From Prevotella sp. (GTDB taxonomy: Bacteria > Bacteroidota > Bacteroidia > Bacteroidales > Bacteroidaceae): a DNA stretch of 64,000 nt. This document shows positions 28,880-39,499 of this stretch, one piece after another (position 1 is the stretch's first letter; the number at the start of each line of letters is the position of its first letter). The notes beneath the pieces were generated by a model. The model was not told the DNA's origin. It saw only the letters and a list, made by a program, of their open reading frames with translations, and did no database searches. A program made the translations under genes and the position numbers. The stretch covers positions 14,184 through 78,183 of the forward strand of contig JAGBJJ010000031.1 of assembly GCA_017934525.1 (NCBI GenBank), given 5' to 3'.

Positions 28880-30919
28880 TCAGTTTTTCTTCAAGACAAC
28901 TGCCGAGCGGGCAGGGATATACAGTTTCAACCACTCCTTATGCTCTTTCACATAGAGAGGGTCATAGTTAGTAAAGTGAGTCACGGTATCATCGGCCAGC
29001 CCATTGCCGCCAAACTCCTTGGCATCAGTGTTAAGTACCACCTCATAGGAACCGGTAGGCACAAGGAAACCATAGTCAGCAAACGATTTATTAGGCGAAA
29101 AGTTAAACACGAAAATCAAGTCGCCGCGCATGAATGCCAGAATCTGATCGCCGTCATTGTGCCATATTTCAACCACCGCCTTGTCCTGGAAGTTGCGAAT
29201 ACTCTTCACCACACGCAGCATTTCGCGGTCGAAATCGCCCAGCCAGTGGTAGCACAGGTCGTGGTTGTCCACCAGGTTCCATTGTCTTCTGGCATACTTA
29301 TGGCTCCATCCGTTGCCCTCACGCGGGAAGTCGATCCACTCCGGATGCCCGAACTCATTGCCCATGAAGTTCAAGTAGCCGCCATTGATAGCCGCGAGGG
29401 TCACCAGACGAATCATTTTGTGCAGAGCAATGCCCCGGCGTGCCACTTCATTCTCGTCGCCTTTCTTGAAGTGCCAGTACATATCGGCATCAATCAGCCG
29501 GAATATGATAGTCTTGTCGCCCACCAGAGCCTGGTCGTGGCTTTCGCAATAAGAAATGGTTTTCTCGTCAGGTCGTCTGTTTTTCACCTCCCAGAAAATA
29601 CTACTTGGCTTCCATGCCTCATCGGGCAGCTCCTTGATTGTCTTAATCCAATAGTCGGGAATGTTCATAGCCATGCGGTAGTCGAACCCGAATCCGCCGT
29701 CTTCAAACTTGGCAGCCAATCCCGGCATGCCACTCACCTCCTCGGCGATTGTGATAGCCTGCGGGTTGACTTCATGAATCAGCTTGTTGGCCAGTGTGAG
29801 ATAGCAGATGGCATTGTCGTCTTCAGCACCATTGAAATAGTCGCCATAGCCCGTGAAGGCCTCCCCCAAGCCATGACTGTAGTAGAGCATCGACGTGACG
29901 CCGTCGAAGCGGAATCCGTCGAAGTGGAACTCTTCGAGCCAATATTTACAATTGGAGAGCAGGAAGTGCAGCACGCCGTCATTGCCATAGTCGAAGCAGA
30001 GCGAGTCCCAAGCGGGATGTTCACGTCGCTCGCCGGGATAGAAGAACTGGTTAGGGTCGCCCGCCAGATTGCCAAGCCCCTCCACTTCGTTCTTCACGGC
30101 ATGGCTGTGCACGATGTCCATGATGACACTGATGCCCAGCCGATGCGCCTCGTCGATGAGCTGCTTAAGTTCCTCAGGCGTGCCGAATCGGCTGCTCGGC
30201 GCAAAAAACGACGATACATGATATCCGAACGATCCATAATAAGGATGCTCCTGGATAGCCATCACTTGTATGCAGTTATACCCATCGGCAGCAACGCGCG
30301 GCAACACATTTTCGCGAAACTCATTGTATGTGCCAACCTTCTCGGCATCCTGACTCATTCCCACGTGGCACTCGTAGATAAGTAGCGGCGACCTACGCGG
30401 TTTGAAGTTTTTTTTCTTGAAGTCATATTTCCGTGCCGGATTCCACACTTGAGCCGAGAATATCTTTGTCTGCTCATCCTGCACCACCCTGCGCACCCAT
30501 GCCGGGATACGCTCGCCTTCGCCGCCATTCCAGCGCACCTTCATCTTATAGAGCTGTCCGTGCTTCATGTCGCGCTCGCGCAGCTTCAGTTCCCAGTTGC
30601 CAGTGCCCTCAATGCGCTTCAGCTTGTAGCGTTCGTCCTCCTTCCAGTCGTTGAAGTCGCCTATGAGATATATTTCAGTGGCATTGGGGGCCCATTCCCT
30701 GAACACCCAGCCGCGCACCAGTTTGTGCAGACCGTAGTACAGATGTCCGGTAGCAAAGTCAGACAGCGTCTTTCTGCCGCCACGCGTCAGTTGTTTGATT
30801 TTCCACAGCGCGTGCTCGTGCCTGCCCCTGATGGCATCCTCATAAGGCTCGAGCCACATGTCGTTCTTCACCAAGCCGATGTGCTCAGTCTTCTGCTCTT
30901 TATTGTTTTTCTTCGTCAT
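28880..30919 (-). CDS. glgB: 1,4-alpha-glucan branching enzyme (GH13)
   Basis: FREWAP, IYECHVG, DIVHSH, FDGFRFDGVTSM, AEEVSG and ESHDQA. Confidence 0.95.
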   Translation of the reverse strand: MTKKNNKEQKTEHIGLVKNDMWLEPYEDAIRGRHEHALWKIKQLTRGGRKTLSDFATGHLYYGLHKLVRGWVFREWAPNATEIYLIGDFNDWKEDERYKLKRIEGTGNWELKLRERDMKHGQLYKMKVRWNGGEGERIPAWVRRVVQDEQTKIFSAQVWNPARKYDFKKKNFKPRRSPLLIYECHVGMSQDAEKVGTYNEFRENVLPRVAADGYNCIQVMAIQEHPYYGSFGYHVSSFFAPSSRFGTPEELKQLIDEAHRLGISVIMDIVHSHAVKNEVEGLGNLAGDPNQFFYPGERREHPAWDSLCFDYGNDGVLHFLLSNCKYWLEEFHFDGFRFDGVTSMLYYSHGLGEAFTGYGDYFNGAEDDNAICYLTLANKLIHEVNPQAITIAEEVSGMPGLAAKFEDGGFGFDYRMAMNIPDYWIKTIKELPDEAWKPSSIFWEVKNRRPDEKTISYCESHDQALVGDKTIIFRLIDADMYWHFKKGDENEVARRGIALHKMIRLVTLAAINGGYLNFMGNEFGHPEWIDFPREGNGWSHKYARRQWNLVDNHDLCYHWLGDFDREMLRVVKSIRNFQDKAVVEIWHNDGDQILAFMRGDLIFVFNFSPNKSFADYGFLVPTGSYEVVLNTDAKEFGGNGLADDTVTHFTNYDPLYVKEHKEWLKLYIPARSAVVLKKN

Positions 30920-30930
30920 TGTCTGTCTAT

Positions 30931-31377
30931 TTATACTTTCACTTTAAAAATAGCTTTCCTTATCTCCGGAACCGCAGCAATGCAAGGTGCATGTCCGTCT
31001 TGTGGGAAGAAGACGGCAAACATGCCCGGCTGGCATTCAATGAAGCTCTCGGCTATCAGGTTAGGATATTTCGTGATGTCTTTCTCCTCATTATAAGGTG
31101 TCGCTGGTAGATTACATAATGGCGTATAGCCATAAGTCTCGGTGCTGTCGAGCGGTATTTGTATATCAATCATTCGGCGGTGAGTCTCGATGACGGCCTC
31201 ATCGGGCGTTTTGCCCTTCGCCGTCTGTATATTTACAAAGAGCTCCCCCTCCTTGATTACATGCTTGCCCTCAGCCAACTGACTGAGTGGATGCTGGTCA
31301 ATAAACGCCACCACCTCTTTAAATAGCGGATGAAGCGACTCGTACTTAACGAGATTCTCAAGTGTGTCGATGATCAT
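30931..31377 (-). CDS. YhcH/YjgK/YiaL family protein
   Basis: MIIDTL, ETHRRMIDIQ, FFPQDGHAP and KAIFKV. Confidence 0.88.
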   Translation of the reverse strand: MIIDTLENLVKYESLHPLFKEVVAFIDQHPLSQLAEGKHVIKEGELFVNIQTAKGKTPDEAVIETHRRMIDIQIPLDSTETYGYTPLCNLPATPYNEEKDITKYPNLIAESFIECQPGMFAVFFPQDGHAPCIAAVPEIRKAIFKVKV

Positions 31378-31433
31378 ACTCTGCTATCTTTATTTCTTTT
31401 AGTAATTTGGTGTTAGGCAATCACAAGCCTTAC

Positions 31434-32552
31434 TCAGTTCGTCTTCCTGTGCCCACGAGTGTAGGTGCCACGTGCCGTCACGTTGCCGTTGCGGTCTTTT
31501 TCAACGAAGGCTCCGTCGCGCTTTCCGTCGACGTAGCTGCCCTCAAAGCGCAGTCCGTCTTTCGTCTCCTCGATGGCGGCCCCGTTGCGCAATCCGTCTT
31601 TAAACTTCGCCTTGAAGCGCGACCCATCAGCCATATGCCCAATACACTCGCCTTCCGGCAGTCCGTTTTTAAACTCACCTTCCACGAGGTCGCCCTGCTT
31701 GGTGGTCAGACGTCCCTTGCCGTTTGGCACGTCATACTGCCACTGGCCTACGTAGGTATTGCCGTTTTTCCACACGAGAGTACCCTGTCCGTGCTTGTCG
31801 CCGTTGAGAAATTGGCCGCTGTACTTGTCGCCGTTGGCATACTTGAAGATGCCAGTGCCCGTGCGCATGCCTTTCTCATAGTCGCCTTCATAGATGTCAC
31901 CGTTCTGAAACCTATAGATGCCACGCCCGTGCATGCGGTCGGCCAGCCACTGTCCTATGTACACATCGCCGTTAGCATACTTAAACGTACCTTTGCCGCT
32001 GCGCTGGTCGGCCAGCCACTGTCCGTCGTAGGTAGAGCCGTCGGCCCAGTCGAAGAAGCCCTGTCCGTGCTTCTTGTCCTGTTTCCAGTCGCCATTGTAA
32101 TAGGCTCCACTTGCAAAAGTGTAGAGGCCCTTACCCTCGCGTTTGTCTTCACGCCAGTTGCCCTTATATACGTCGCCATTGAAGTAATACATCGTGCCCT
32201 GCCCCTGCTGATAGTCGCGATACCAGAGCCCCACATACTTATTGTTGTTCTGAAAATAATAGGTGCCTTGCCCATGCTGCTGATCTTGCATCCACTGTCC
32301 CTCGTAGCGCTCACCGTCAGAGAATTGGTAGACGCCGTAACCCTGACGTTTTCCCTTCACGTACTCCCCCTCGTAGGTGTTACCGTTTTTCCAAGTTGTC
32401 TTACCTTTGCCGTGCGGTTTTCCCACAGCCATCTCACCATTGTAGTTGCCTCCGTCGTGGGTAGCACACGATCCCAACGTAATCTTCTGTGCCGTTGCCA
32501 TGGTGGGCATGGCAAGTAGCATGATATATAAAATATGTTTACAAATACTCAT
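31434..32552 (-). CDS. Secreted MORN-repeat protein
   Basis: Signal peptide plus about 14 23-aa Y.G.W......G.G repeats. Confidence 0.88.
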   Translation of the reverse strand: MSICKHILYIMLLAMPTMATAQKITLGSCATHDGGNYNGEMAVGKPHGKGKTTWKNGNTYEGEYVKGKRQGYGVYQFSDGERYEGQWMQDQQHGQGTYYFQNNNKYVGLWYRDYQQGQGTMYYFNGDVYKGNWREDKREGKGLYTFASGAYYNGDWKQDKKHGQGFFDWADGSTYDGQWLADQRSGKGTFKYANGDVYIGQWLADRMHGRGIYRFQNGDIYEGDYEKGMRTGTGIFKYANGDKYSGQFLNGDKHGQGTLVWKNGNTYVGQWQYDVPNGKGRLTTKQGDLVEGEFKNGLPEGECIGHMADGSRFKAKFKDGLRNGAAIEETKDGLRFEGSYVDGKRDGAFVEKDRNGNVTARGTYTRGHRKTN

Positions 32553-32756
32553 ATCAGATAATGCTTTGAAGTCCCAAAAGTACAAAAAAATTGTCACACA
32601 GACAAAGATTTTAAGATTTTACGATTAAGAATTAAGAAATATTTGTAACCTCACACATTCAGCAGTGCCTGCCACTTTCAGCCGTTGTCTCTCCAGCCGC
32701 AGAAGCCAGTAGAGTCTGTTTTTGCACACAAAGCAGGCAAAAAGGCTGCCGCTGCC

Positions 32757-32788
32757 TTTGCCAGATTGGCAAATAATTAGTAACTTTG
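32757..32788 (+). promoter_or_regulatory. Primary-sigma promoter of kdsB
   Basis: TTTG 32757-32760, 20-nt spacer, TAACTTTG 32781-32788. Confidence 0.65.
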
Positions 32789-32810
32789 CAGCCGAAATTC
32801 AACCCACAAT

Positions 32811-33560
32811 ATGACTATGAAGTTTATAGGAATCATACCGGCGCGCTACGCATCGACGCGCTTCCCGGGCAAGCCGCTGGCCATGCTCGGCGGAAAACCG
32901 GTCATCCGGCGTGTGTACGAACAGGTGGCTGCAGTGCTCGACGAGACGTATGTGGCCACCGACGACGAGCGCATCTTTTCGGCCGTGGAGCAATTCGGCG
33001 GCAAGGCCGTGATGACGTCAGCCCATCACAAGAGCGGCACCGACCGCATTGAAGAAGCTGCCAGCATCATCCACACCGACGCTGACGTGGTTATCAATGT
33101 GCAAGGCGACGAACCATTCATCCGTCGGGAGCAGATTGAGACCGTGAAGCAGCTCTTCGATGACGACGAAGCCCAGATATGCACACTGGGCAAGCCTTTC
33201 GACACACTTGAAGCAGCCATGAACCCCAACTCGCCTAAGATAGTATGCGACGTGAGGGGCTATGCGCTCTACTTCAGCCGCAGCATCATACCCTATGTCA
33301 GGGGCAGGGATACGGCCGAGTGGATGGATGCCTTCCCCTTTCTGAAGCACATTGGCCTCTACGCCTACCGGCGCCAGGTGCTGGCCGAAATCACCCAGTT
33401 GCCGCAGAGTTCATTAGAGAAAGCCGAAAGTCTGGAGCAGCTTCGATGGCTGCAAAACGGCTACCGCATACGTGTGGGACTGACCAATGCGGAGACCGTG
33501 GGCATCGACACGCCCGACGACCTGAAGCGTGCCGAGGCGTTTCTGCAAAACATGCAGTAA
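32811..33560 (+). CDS. kdsB: 3-deoxy-manno-octulosonate cytidylyltransferase
   Basis: IPARYASTRFPGKPL, SGTDR, NVQGDEP, LEQLRWL and IDTPDD. Confidence 0.95.
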   Translation: MTMKFIGIIPARYASTRFPGKPLAMLGGKPVIRRVYEQVAAVLDETYVATDDERIFSAVEQFGGKAVMTSAHHKSGTDRIEEAASIIHTDADVVINVQGDEPFIRREQIETVKQLFDDDEAQICTLGKPFDTLEAAMNPNSPKIVCDVRGYALYFSRSIIPYVRGRDTAEWMDAFPFLKHIGLYAYRRQVLAEITQLPQSSLEKAESLEQLRWLQNGYRIRVGLTNAETVGIDTPDDLKRAEAFLQNMQ

Positions 33561-33685
33561 GCCAAAAGCACGCTCTCTACGGGCCACCATAAGGTGATTT
33601 GGCCTTGAGGTAAGGGAATTGAGAAAGAATTCCGGCAATAATTCAGAGCGAAAGCACAGCAAATATAGCTGATACCCATAGCAAA

Positions 33686-33736
33686 GCGGCCCCGCGCCGG
33701 CAGCACGCAATAGCCATGCTACCGGCGCGGGGCCGC
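33686..33736. terminator. GC-rich inverted repeat between convergent kdsB and the J-protein gene
   Basis: GCGGCCCCGCGCCGG/CCGGCGCGGGGCCGC. Confidence 0.6.
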
Positions 33737-33750
33737 CTTGTATCAGTCTG

Positions 33751-34383
33751 TCAGCCCCGCATCTGGCGAAGCAACTCCTTCTGGCGCTCGGAAAGCGACG
33801 TGGGTAACACCACGTTGTAGGTGATAATCAGGTCTGTGCCGTTCTGCCCCTTGCCGCGCAGACGTACTTTGGCGCCAGGCTGGGTGCCAGGCTTCACCTT
33901 CAGCTTCAGCTTCTGCCCACCTGAAAGCCCCACGATGACATCACCCCCAAGCAATGCCGTGTACATGTCGATATTCATCGAGGCATTGGTCTCAGCCGGC
34001 TCCTGCATCCTGTGACCGAAGCCACCACCGCCGCCGAAGAGGTCTTGGAAGAACGAGCTGAAGCCACCGCCACCCTTGAAGTTGGAAAAGTCGAAGCCCT
34101 CGAAGGGCGAGCCCCCACCCGACGCATGGAAACCGCCGGCACCGCCGAAGGCCTCAGCTTCGCGCCACTGCTCGCCATACTGGTCGTACTTGCGGCGCTT
34201 CTCAGGGTCGCCTATCACGTCGTAAGCCTCATTGAGGGCCTGAAACTTAGCCTTCGCCTTCGGGTCATCGGGATGAAGGTCTGGATGAAACTGCTTAGCA
34301 CGCTTCAAGTAGGCCTTCTTCACGTCTTTCTGAGCAATCGTCTTGTCGACGCCTAAAATCTTATAATAGTCAATAAATGCCAT
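33751..34383 (-). CDS. Short class B J-domain protein (CbpA/DnaJ-like)
   Basis: DYYKILGV, HPD, G/F-rich linker and a short DnaJ C-terminal segment; start at MAFIDYY. Confidence 0.88.
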   Translation of the reverse strand: MAFIDYYKILGVDKTIAQKDVKKAYLKRAKQFHPDLHPDDPKAKAKFQALNEAYDVIGDPEKRRKYDQYGEQWREAEAFGGAGGFHASGGGSPFEGFDFSNFKGGGGFSSFFQDLFGGGGGFGHRMQEPAETNASMNIDMYTALLGGDVIVGLSGGQKLKLKVKPGTQPGAKVRLRGKGQNGTDLIITYNVVLPTSLSERQKELLRQMRG

Positions 34384-34526
34384 ATCTCCAGTCTCCTTTC
34401 TTTTCACTAAAAAAGCAGCAATTTTCGTGCCGAAAGAGGCTATATGACAAAAACGGCACGGTTTCTTTTGCATGTTTCTGCCGTTTTTTGTATCTTTGCA
34501 CCAAATTTCTTGAAGAAACCACTATT

Positions 34527-36266
34527 ATGAAAAAACTTTTAACCACAGGCATAGCAGCATTATGCCTCACCTTAACACCTGCTATGGGACAGACAAAAAC
34601 CGTAAAGCTGCGCGTTGTCGAGACAAGCGACGTGCACGGTCACTTCTTTCCTTACGACTTTGTGGAAGGCGAACCTCTGCAAGGCACGCTCACACGCGTC
34701 AACACCTACGTCAACCGGCTGCGCAGCGAATACGGCGACCGCCTGCTGCTCATCGACAACGGTGACATTCTGCAGGGCCAGCCCACTTGCTACTGGTCTA
34801 ACTATGTGGCCACCAGCGAAGAGAACATTGCAGCATCGGTAATCAACTACATGAAATACGACGCCGAAACCTTCGGCAACCACGACGTAGAGACGGGCCA
34901 TGCCGTCTACGACAAATGGGTACGTGAGGTGAACTGCCCCATGCTGGGCGCCAACATCATCGACAAGCAGACGGGCAAGCCTTACGTCGCACCCTATACC
35001 GTCTTCGTGCGCGACGGTGTGAAGATTGCCGTGCTGGGCATGCTGACACCCACCATACCCTGCTGGCTCAACGAAAGCCTGTGGAGAGGGCTGGAATTTC
35101 AGGAGATGGTAAGCTGTGCACGCCAATGGGTGAAGCATATAAAAGAGGTGGAGCATGCCGACCTCATCATAGGCCTTTTCCACAGTGGCAAGGCAGGAGG
35201 CATATCCATGGAGGGCGGCATTGAGGAAGACGCCTCAGAGAGAGTGGCCCGCGAGGTGCCGGGCTTCGACATCATCTTCTTCGGTCACGACCACATGCAG
35301 CACAACGACTGGGTGACCAACACTGCCGGAGAGAAAGTGCTCATGCTCGACCCTTCGTGCTGGGCGCTCAACGTGGCCGATGCCACCATTGAACTTACTT
35401 TCAAAGGTGGTAAACTGGTGAAGAAAGACATCAAAGGCGACATTGTCAGCGTGAGAGACGAGCAGGTCGACGAGCAGATGGTGGCTCACTTTGAGCCACA
35501 GATGCAGCGCATCAAGGACTACGTGAACCAACGCATCGGACACTTTGAGACCACGGCACGCACACGCGACTGCTACTTCGGCAACTCAGCCTTCACCGAC
35601 TTCGTACATAACCTGCAGCTGCAGATATCGAAAGCCGACATCTCGTTCAACGCCCCCTTGTCGTTCGACAGCAAGATTGAGGCCGGCGACATCACCGTGG
35701 CCGACATGTTTAAACTCTACCGCTTTGAGAACCAGCTATACATACTCAACATGACCGGACGCGAGATAAGAGGACATCTGGAAGAGAGCTACGACCGATG
35801 GGTGAACACCATGAAAAGCGCCGACGACCACCTGCTGCTGCTCAACGACGAATCAAAGGGCGACCAGCAGCGCATGGGCTTCCGCAACTATACATTCAAC
35901 TTCGACTCGGCCGCCGGCATCGACTACATCGTAGACGTGACCAAGCCCGACGGACAGAAAGTGAAGATTCTACAGATGTCTGACGGCACGGCCTTCGATG
36001 AAAACAAGACCTACAAGGTGGTGATGAACAGCTATCGAGCCAACGGCGGCGGCGAACTGCTCACCAAGGGCGCCGGCATCAGAAAGAAAGACATCGACAG
36101 CCGCATCGTCTATCAGTCGCCTCTTGACCTGCGCTACTATCTGATGGAGGAAATTAAGCGTATGGGCAACGTAAACCCCAAAGCCAACAGCAACTGGAGG
36201 TTCGTACCAGAAGAGTGGACCGTGGACGCAGGCAAACGCGACCGGAAACTGGTGTTTGGAGAATAA
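34527..36266 (+). CDS. Periplasmic 2',3'-cyclic-nucleotide phosphodiesterase / 5'-nucleotidase (CpdB-like)
   Basis: Signal peptide; TSDVHG, DNGDILQG, GNHD, HSG and GHDH metallophosphatase motifs; C-terminal nucleotidase domain. Confidence 0.88.
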   Translation: MKKLLTTGIAALCLTLTPAMGQTKTVKLRVVETSDVHGHFFPYDFVEGEPLQGTLTRVNTYVNRLRSEYGDRLLLIDNGDILQGQPTCYWSNYVATSEENIAASVINYMKYDAETFGNHDVETGHAVYDKWVREVNCPMLGANIIDKQTGKPYVAPYTVFVRDGVKIAVLGMLTPTIPCWLNESLWRGLEFQEMVSCARQWVKHIKEVEHADLIIGLFHSGKAGGISMEGGIEEDASERVAREVPGFDIIFFGHDHMQHNDWVTNTAGEKVLMLDPSCWALNVADATIELTFKGGKLVKKDIKGDIVSVRDEQVDEQMVAHFEPQMQRIKDYVNQRIGHFETTARTRDCYFGNSAFTDFVHNLQLQISKADISFNAPLSFDSKIEAGDITVADMFKLYRFENQLYILNMTGREIRGHLEESYDRWVNTMKSADDHLLLLNDESKGDQQRMGFRNYTFNFDSAAGIDYIVDVTKPDGQKVKILQMSDGTAFDENKTYKVVMNSYRANGGGELLTKGAGIRKKDIDSRIVYQSPLDLRYYLMEEIKRMGNVNPKANSNWRFVPEEWTVDAGKRDRKLVFGE

Positions 36267-36279
36267 ATACTGGCTGGAC

Positions 36280-37062
36280 ATGACACAAGATTGCTACTAC
36301 TTTGTATTCTGCAAAGACGACCTGCTGCTGGAGCGATGCCCCGACGGCACATTCACCATACCTTTGGGCTGTCTGCCTCCTACGGAGACGAAACCATGGA
36401 CACCAATGCTCAACGTGACGCAGATTGACGGCGTCAGCGTGAAAGCCTATGCCATCGACACACCCGTGGCCGGCAATGCGCGCTACGAGATGTGCCCCCT
36501 GAGACAAAGCTACTATAAGCTCGACGAGAAACTCTACCTGACGGCCGGCAAGTGTGCCGAACTGCTCTACTGGGACCGCAACACACGTTTCTGCGGCGTA
36601 TGCGGCGGGCCGATGAAATTCCACACCAACATCTCAAAACGCTGCGAGCACTGCGGCAAAGAGGTGTGGCCCCAGTTGGCCACGGCCGTCATTGTGCTGA
36701 TAAGAAGAGGCGCCGACGAAGCCCTTCTGGCCCGCGGGCGCAACTTCAAGAGCGACTTCTACGGCCTCATTGCCGGCTTCGTGGAAACAGGCGAGACGCT
36801 GGAGCAGGCCGTAGAGCGCGAAGTGAAGGAAGAAACGGGGTTGAGCATCACCAACATACGCTATTTCGACTCGCAGCCATGGCCCTATCCCAGCGGGCTG
36901 ATGGTGGGCTTCACGGCCGACTATGCCGGCGGCCAGCTCCACCTGCAGCATGAGGAGCTGAAGACCGCCGGCTGGTTTCACCGCTCCAAACTGCCTAAAC
37001 TGCCTGAAAAGCTGTCAATAGCCCGTCGTCTCATCGACCATTGGATAGCCGAAGGTGAATGA
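36280..37062 (+). CDS. nudC: NAD(H) diphosphatase NudC
   Basis: Zn ribbon (CGVCG...CEHCG), Nudix box GFVETGETLEQAVEREVKEETG and SQPWPYP; start uncertain (36256 or 36280). Confidence 0.92.
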   Translation: MTQDCYYFVFCKDDLLLERCPDGTFTIPLGCLPPTETKPWTPMLNVTQIDGVSVKAYAIDTPVAGNARYEMCPLRQSYYKLDEKLYLTAGKCAELLYWDRNTRFCGVCGGPMKFHTNISKRCEHCGKEVWPQLATAVIVLIRRGADEALLARGRNFKSDFYGLIAGFVETGETLEQAVEREVKEETGLSITNIRYFDSQPWPYPSGLMVGFTADYAGGQLHLQHEELKTAGWFHRSKLPKLPEKLSIARRLIDHWIAEGE

Positions 37063-37091
37063 CCGCAAGCGCGGAATACTCACAAACAAAT

Positions 37092-37149
37092 AGCAAAGAA
37101 CACGGATTTCTATATCGTTGAAACTATTAAGAAACCCGTGTTCTTTGCT
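37092..37149. terminator. Inverted repeat between convergent nudC and rny
   Basis: AGCAAAGAACACGG/CCGTGTTCTTTGCT. Confidence 0.6.
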
Positions 37150-37214
37150 TCACACTAAAAAAGGTTGCAGCTTCTATGCCACAACCTTTTCTTCAGTTGC
37201 AAAAATGTTTTGAA

Positions 37215-38759
37215 TTATTTGGCGTAAGCCACCGAACGCGTCTCGCGTATGACGGTGATCTTCACTTGTCCTGGATAGGTCATCTCGTTCTGAATCTTTG
37301 TGGCAATCTCGCCGCTCAGTGCCTCGGTCTCGGCATCGTCCATCTTGTCTGCACCGACAATGACGCGCAGTTCACGGCCAGCCTGTATGGCATAAGTCTT
37401 GGTCACGCCAGGATAGCTCATGGCAATAGCCTCAAGATCATTCAGGCGCTTGATGTAAGCCTCTACAATCTCACGACGGGCACCCGGACGGGCACCACTG
37501 ATGGCATCACACACCTGCACGATAGGAGCCAGCAGGGTCTGCATCTCCATCTCATCGTGGTGAGCACCAATGGCATTGCAGATGTCGGGCTTCTCCTTAT
37601 ACTTCTCTGCAATCTTTGCGCCATAGAGTGCATGCGGCATCTCACTCTCTTCATCAGGCACTTTTCCGATGTCGTGGAGCAAACCGGCACGCTTGGCTTT
37701 CTTGGGGTTCAGCCCCAGTTCGGCAGCCATCACAGCACAGAGGTTGGCCGTCTCGCGGGCGTGCTGCAGCAGGTTCTGGCCGTAGCTCGAGCGATATTTC
37801 ATCTTACCGATGATGCGCACCAGCTCCGGATGCAAGCCATGAATACCCAGATCGATGGCCGTGCGCTTGCCAGTCTCAATAATCTCGTTGTCGAGCTGCT
37901 TCTTCACCTTCTGCACCACTTCCTCGATGCGGGCAGGATGGATGCGGCCGTCGCTGACGAGCTGGTGCAGCGCCAGGCGACATGTCTCGCGGCGCACAGG
38001 GTCAAAACCGGAGATGACGATGGCCTCAGGTGTATCATCGACCACAATCTCCACACCGCAGGCAGCCTCCAAGGCCCGGATATTTCGGCCTTCACGGCCA
38101 ATGATGCGGCCCTTCACCTCGTCGTTGTCAATGTGGAACACCGACACAGAGTTTTCTATCGCCGTCTCCGTAGCCACGCGCTGGATGGTTTGAATCACGA
38201 TTTTCTTGGCCTGTGCATTGGCGTTGAGCTTTGCCTCGTCCATGATTTCATTGATATAGCTGGCTGCTTGTGTCTTAGCCTCGTCCTTCATGGCCTCCAC
38301 CAAGCGGTTGCGAGCCTCCTCGGCACTCAGTCCCGACAGCTCTTCCAGCTTCTCACGCTCTTTCTGCTGCATCTTGCCCAGCTCCTCCTGCTTCAAGGCC
38401 AGCGACTTCTTCTCATTATCAATGCGCTGCTGCTGATTGTCGAGGTCGTTCTTCCGCCGGCCCAGATCTTCCTGACGCTGATTGAGCGAAATCTCACGCT
38501 GTTTGAGCCGGTTCTCGTTCTGCTGAATTTGCTGATTGCGCTGCTGCACCTCCTTCTCCAACTCACTTTTCTTGTTGAGGAATTTCTCTTTCACCTCAAG
38601 CAGTTTCTTCTCCTTAATCACTTCGGCCTCCTTGTTTGCCGAATCAATCATCTCGTTATATTTTCCCTTTACTACTTTGAGAAAAACGAAATATCCGCCT
38701 GCCACTCCTATGGCAAGAGCAGCTACGGCAATAATAATTGCTAAAATTGTACTTATCAT
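37215..38759 (-). CDS. rny: Ribonuclease Y
   Basis: N-terminal TM, coiled coil, KH ([12 protein letters not shown]) and HD (LLHDIGK) domains. Confidence 0.96.
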   Translation of the reverse strand: MISTILAIIIAVAALAIGVAGGYFVFLKVVKGKYNEMIDSANKEAEVIKEKKLLEVKEKFLNKKSELEKEVQQRNQQIQQNENRLKQREISLNQRQEDLGRRKNDLDNQQQRIDNEKKSLALKQEELGKMQQKEREKLEELSGLSAEEARNRLVEAMKDEAKTQAASYINEIMDEAKLNANAQAKKIVIQTIQRVATETAIENSVSVFHIDNDEVKGRIIGREGRNIRALEAACGVEIVVDDTPEAIVISGFDPVRRETCRLALHQLVSDGRIHPARIEEVVQKVKKQLDNEIIETGKRTAIDLGIHGLHPELVRIIGKMKYRSSYGQNLLQHARETANLCAVMAAELGLNPKKAKRAGLLHDIGKVPDEESEMPHALYGAKIAEKYKEKPDICNAIGAHHDEMEMQTLLAPIVQVCDAISGARPGARREIVEAYIKRLNDLEAIAMSYPGVTKTYAIQAGRELRVIVGADKMDDAETEALSGEIATKIQNEMTYPGQVKITVIRETRSVAYAK

Positions 38760-38805
38760 AAACTTATATATAAAGTAAATATTCTCTTAGTCTATTTCCG
38801 CGACA

Positions 38806-39105
38806 CTATTTCAGCGCGTCCTCGATTTCGGAAGTAAGCTTTGCGAGAACATTATCATAAGGAGAAGTATCGTTGCGCTCAAGTTCTTTCTCGTAGCGCA
38901 AGGCTATCTCAATGAGCGTCATCAACGCAATGGAATGGTCGCTCTTACGCCCCGTGAACACCTGGGCATAGGCTCCATAGCGCTCACTGACAAGCTTGGC
39001 TGCGGCCCGATAGTATTCCTCGTCGGCCCTGTCTATCGACACGTGGATATCTTCATCGTAGACATGCAACCTTATATTGAATTTCTCCTTATTCACTTCT
39101 GCCAT
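38806..39105 (-). CDS. zapA: Cell division protein ZapA
   Basis: EEYYRAAAK pattern, size and position upstream of rny. Confidence 0.8.
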   Translation of the reverse strand: MAEVNKEKFNIRLHVYDEDIHVSIDRADEEYYRAAAKLVSERYGAYAQVFTGRKSDHSIALMTLIEIALRYEKELERNDTSPYDNVLAKLTSEIEDALK

Positions 39106-39120
39106 GCTTCTGCCTCCTCT

Positions 39121-39417
39121 TTACTTTTCGTCGCTCAGGACAGCAATGCACTTATTAACATCGCGTATCAGATGTGCTATCCGATCCTTGGCTCCTTGCA
39201 GGTCGCCGTTGGTTATCTGCAGCATCTTGGCCATCTTCAACGTCTGGTAGTCATGCTCAACCTTGGCTGTCTTCGCCTCAAGCTCACGAATGCGCTGGTC
39301 GTACTTTTCCAGCTCGGCATAAAGCTCGTCGTTCTCCTTTTTCAGTTTCTGAAACTGGAGAATCATCTGCCTTACCCGGGTCTGAAACGTCAACAGTGTC
39401 TTTTCGCTCTGATCCAT
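39121..39417 (-). CDS. Coiled-coil protein (ZapB-like position)
   Basis: 98-aa heptad-rich ORF directly upstream of zapA. Confidence 0.7.
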   Translation of the reverse strand: MDQSEKTLLTFQTRVRQMILQFQKLKKENDELYAELEKYDQRIRELEAKTAKVEHDYQTLKMAKMLQITNGDLQGAKDRIAHLIRDVNKCIAVLSDEK

Positions 39418-39499
39418 GACTACGCTATTTCTTTACAAAGGTAGGCAAATTTCTCATAACTGCCTGCCTTCGTGCCAGATATTTAATATTTATTAAACT

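Noticed and set aside
31434-32552. Common annotation as phosphatidylinositol-4-phosphate 5-kinase
   Set aside because: Only MORN repeats are present; no kinase domain is visible
37176-38744. 522-aa plus-strand ORF
   Set aside because: Antisense shadow of rny; the same applies to 28940-30385, 31407-32519, 2228-3364 and 22182-23231
38760-38805. 6S RNA expected near zapA
   Set aside because: The gap is only ~46 nt and AT-rich, with no room for the structure
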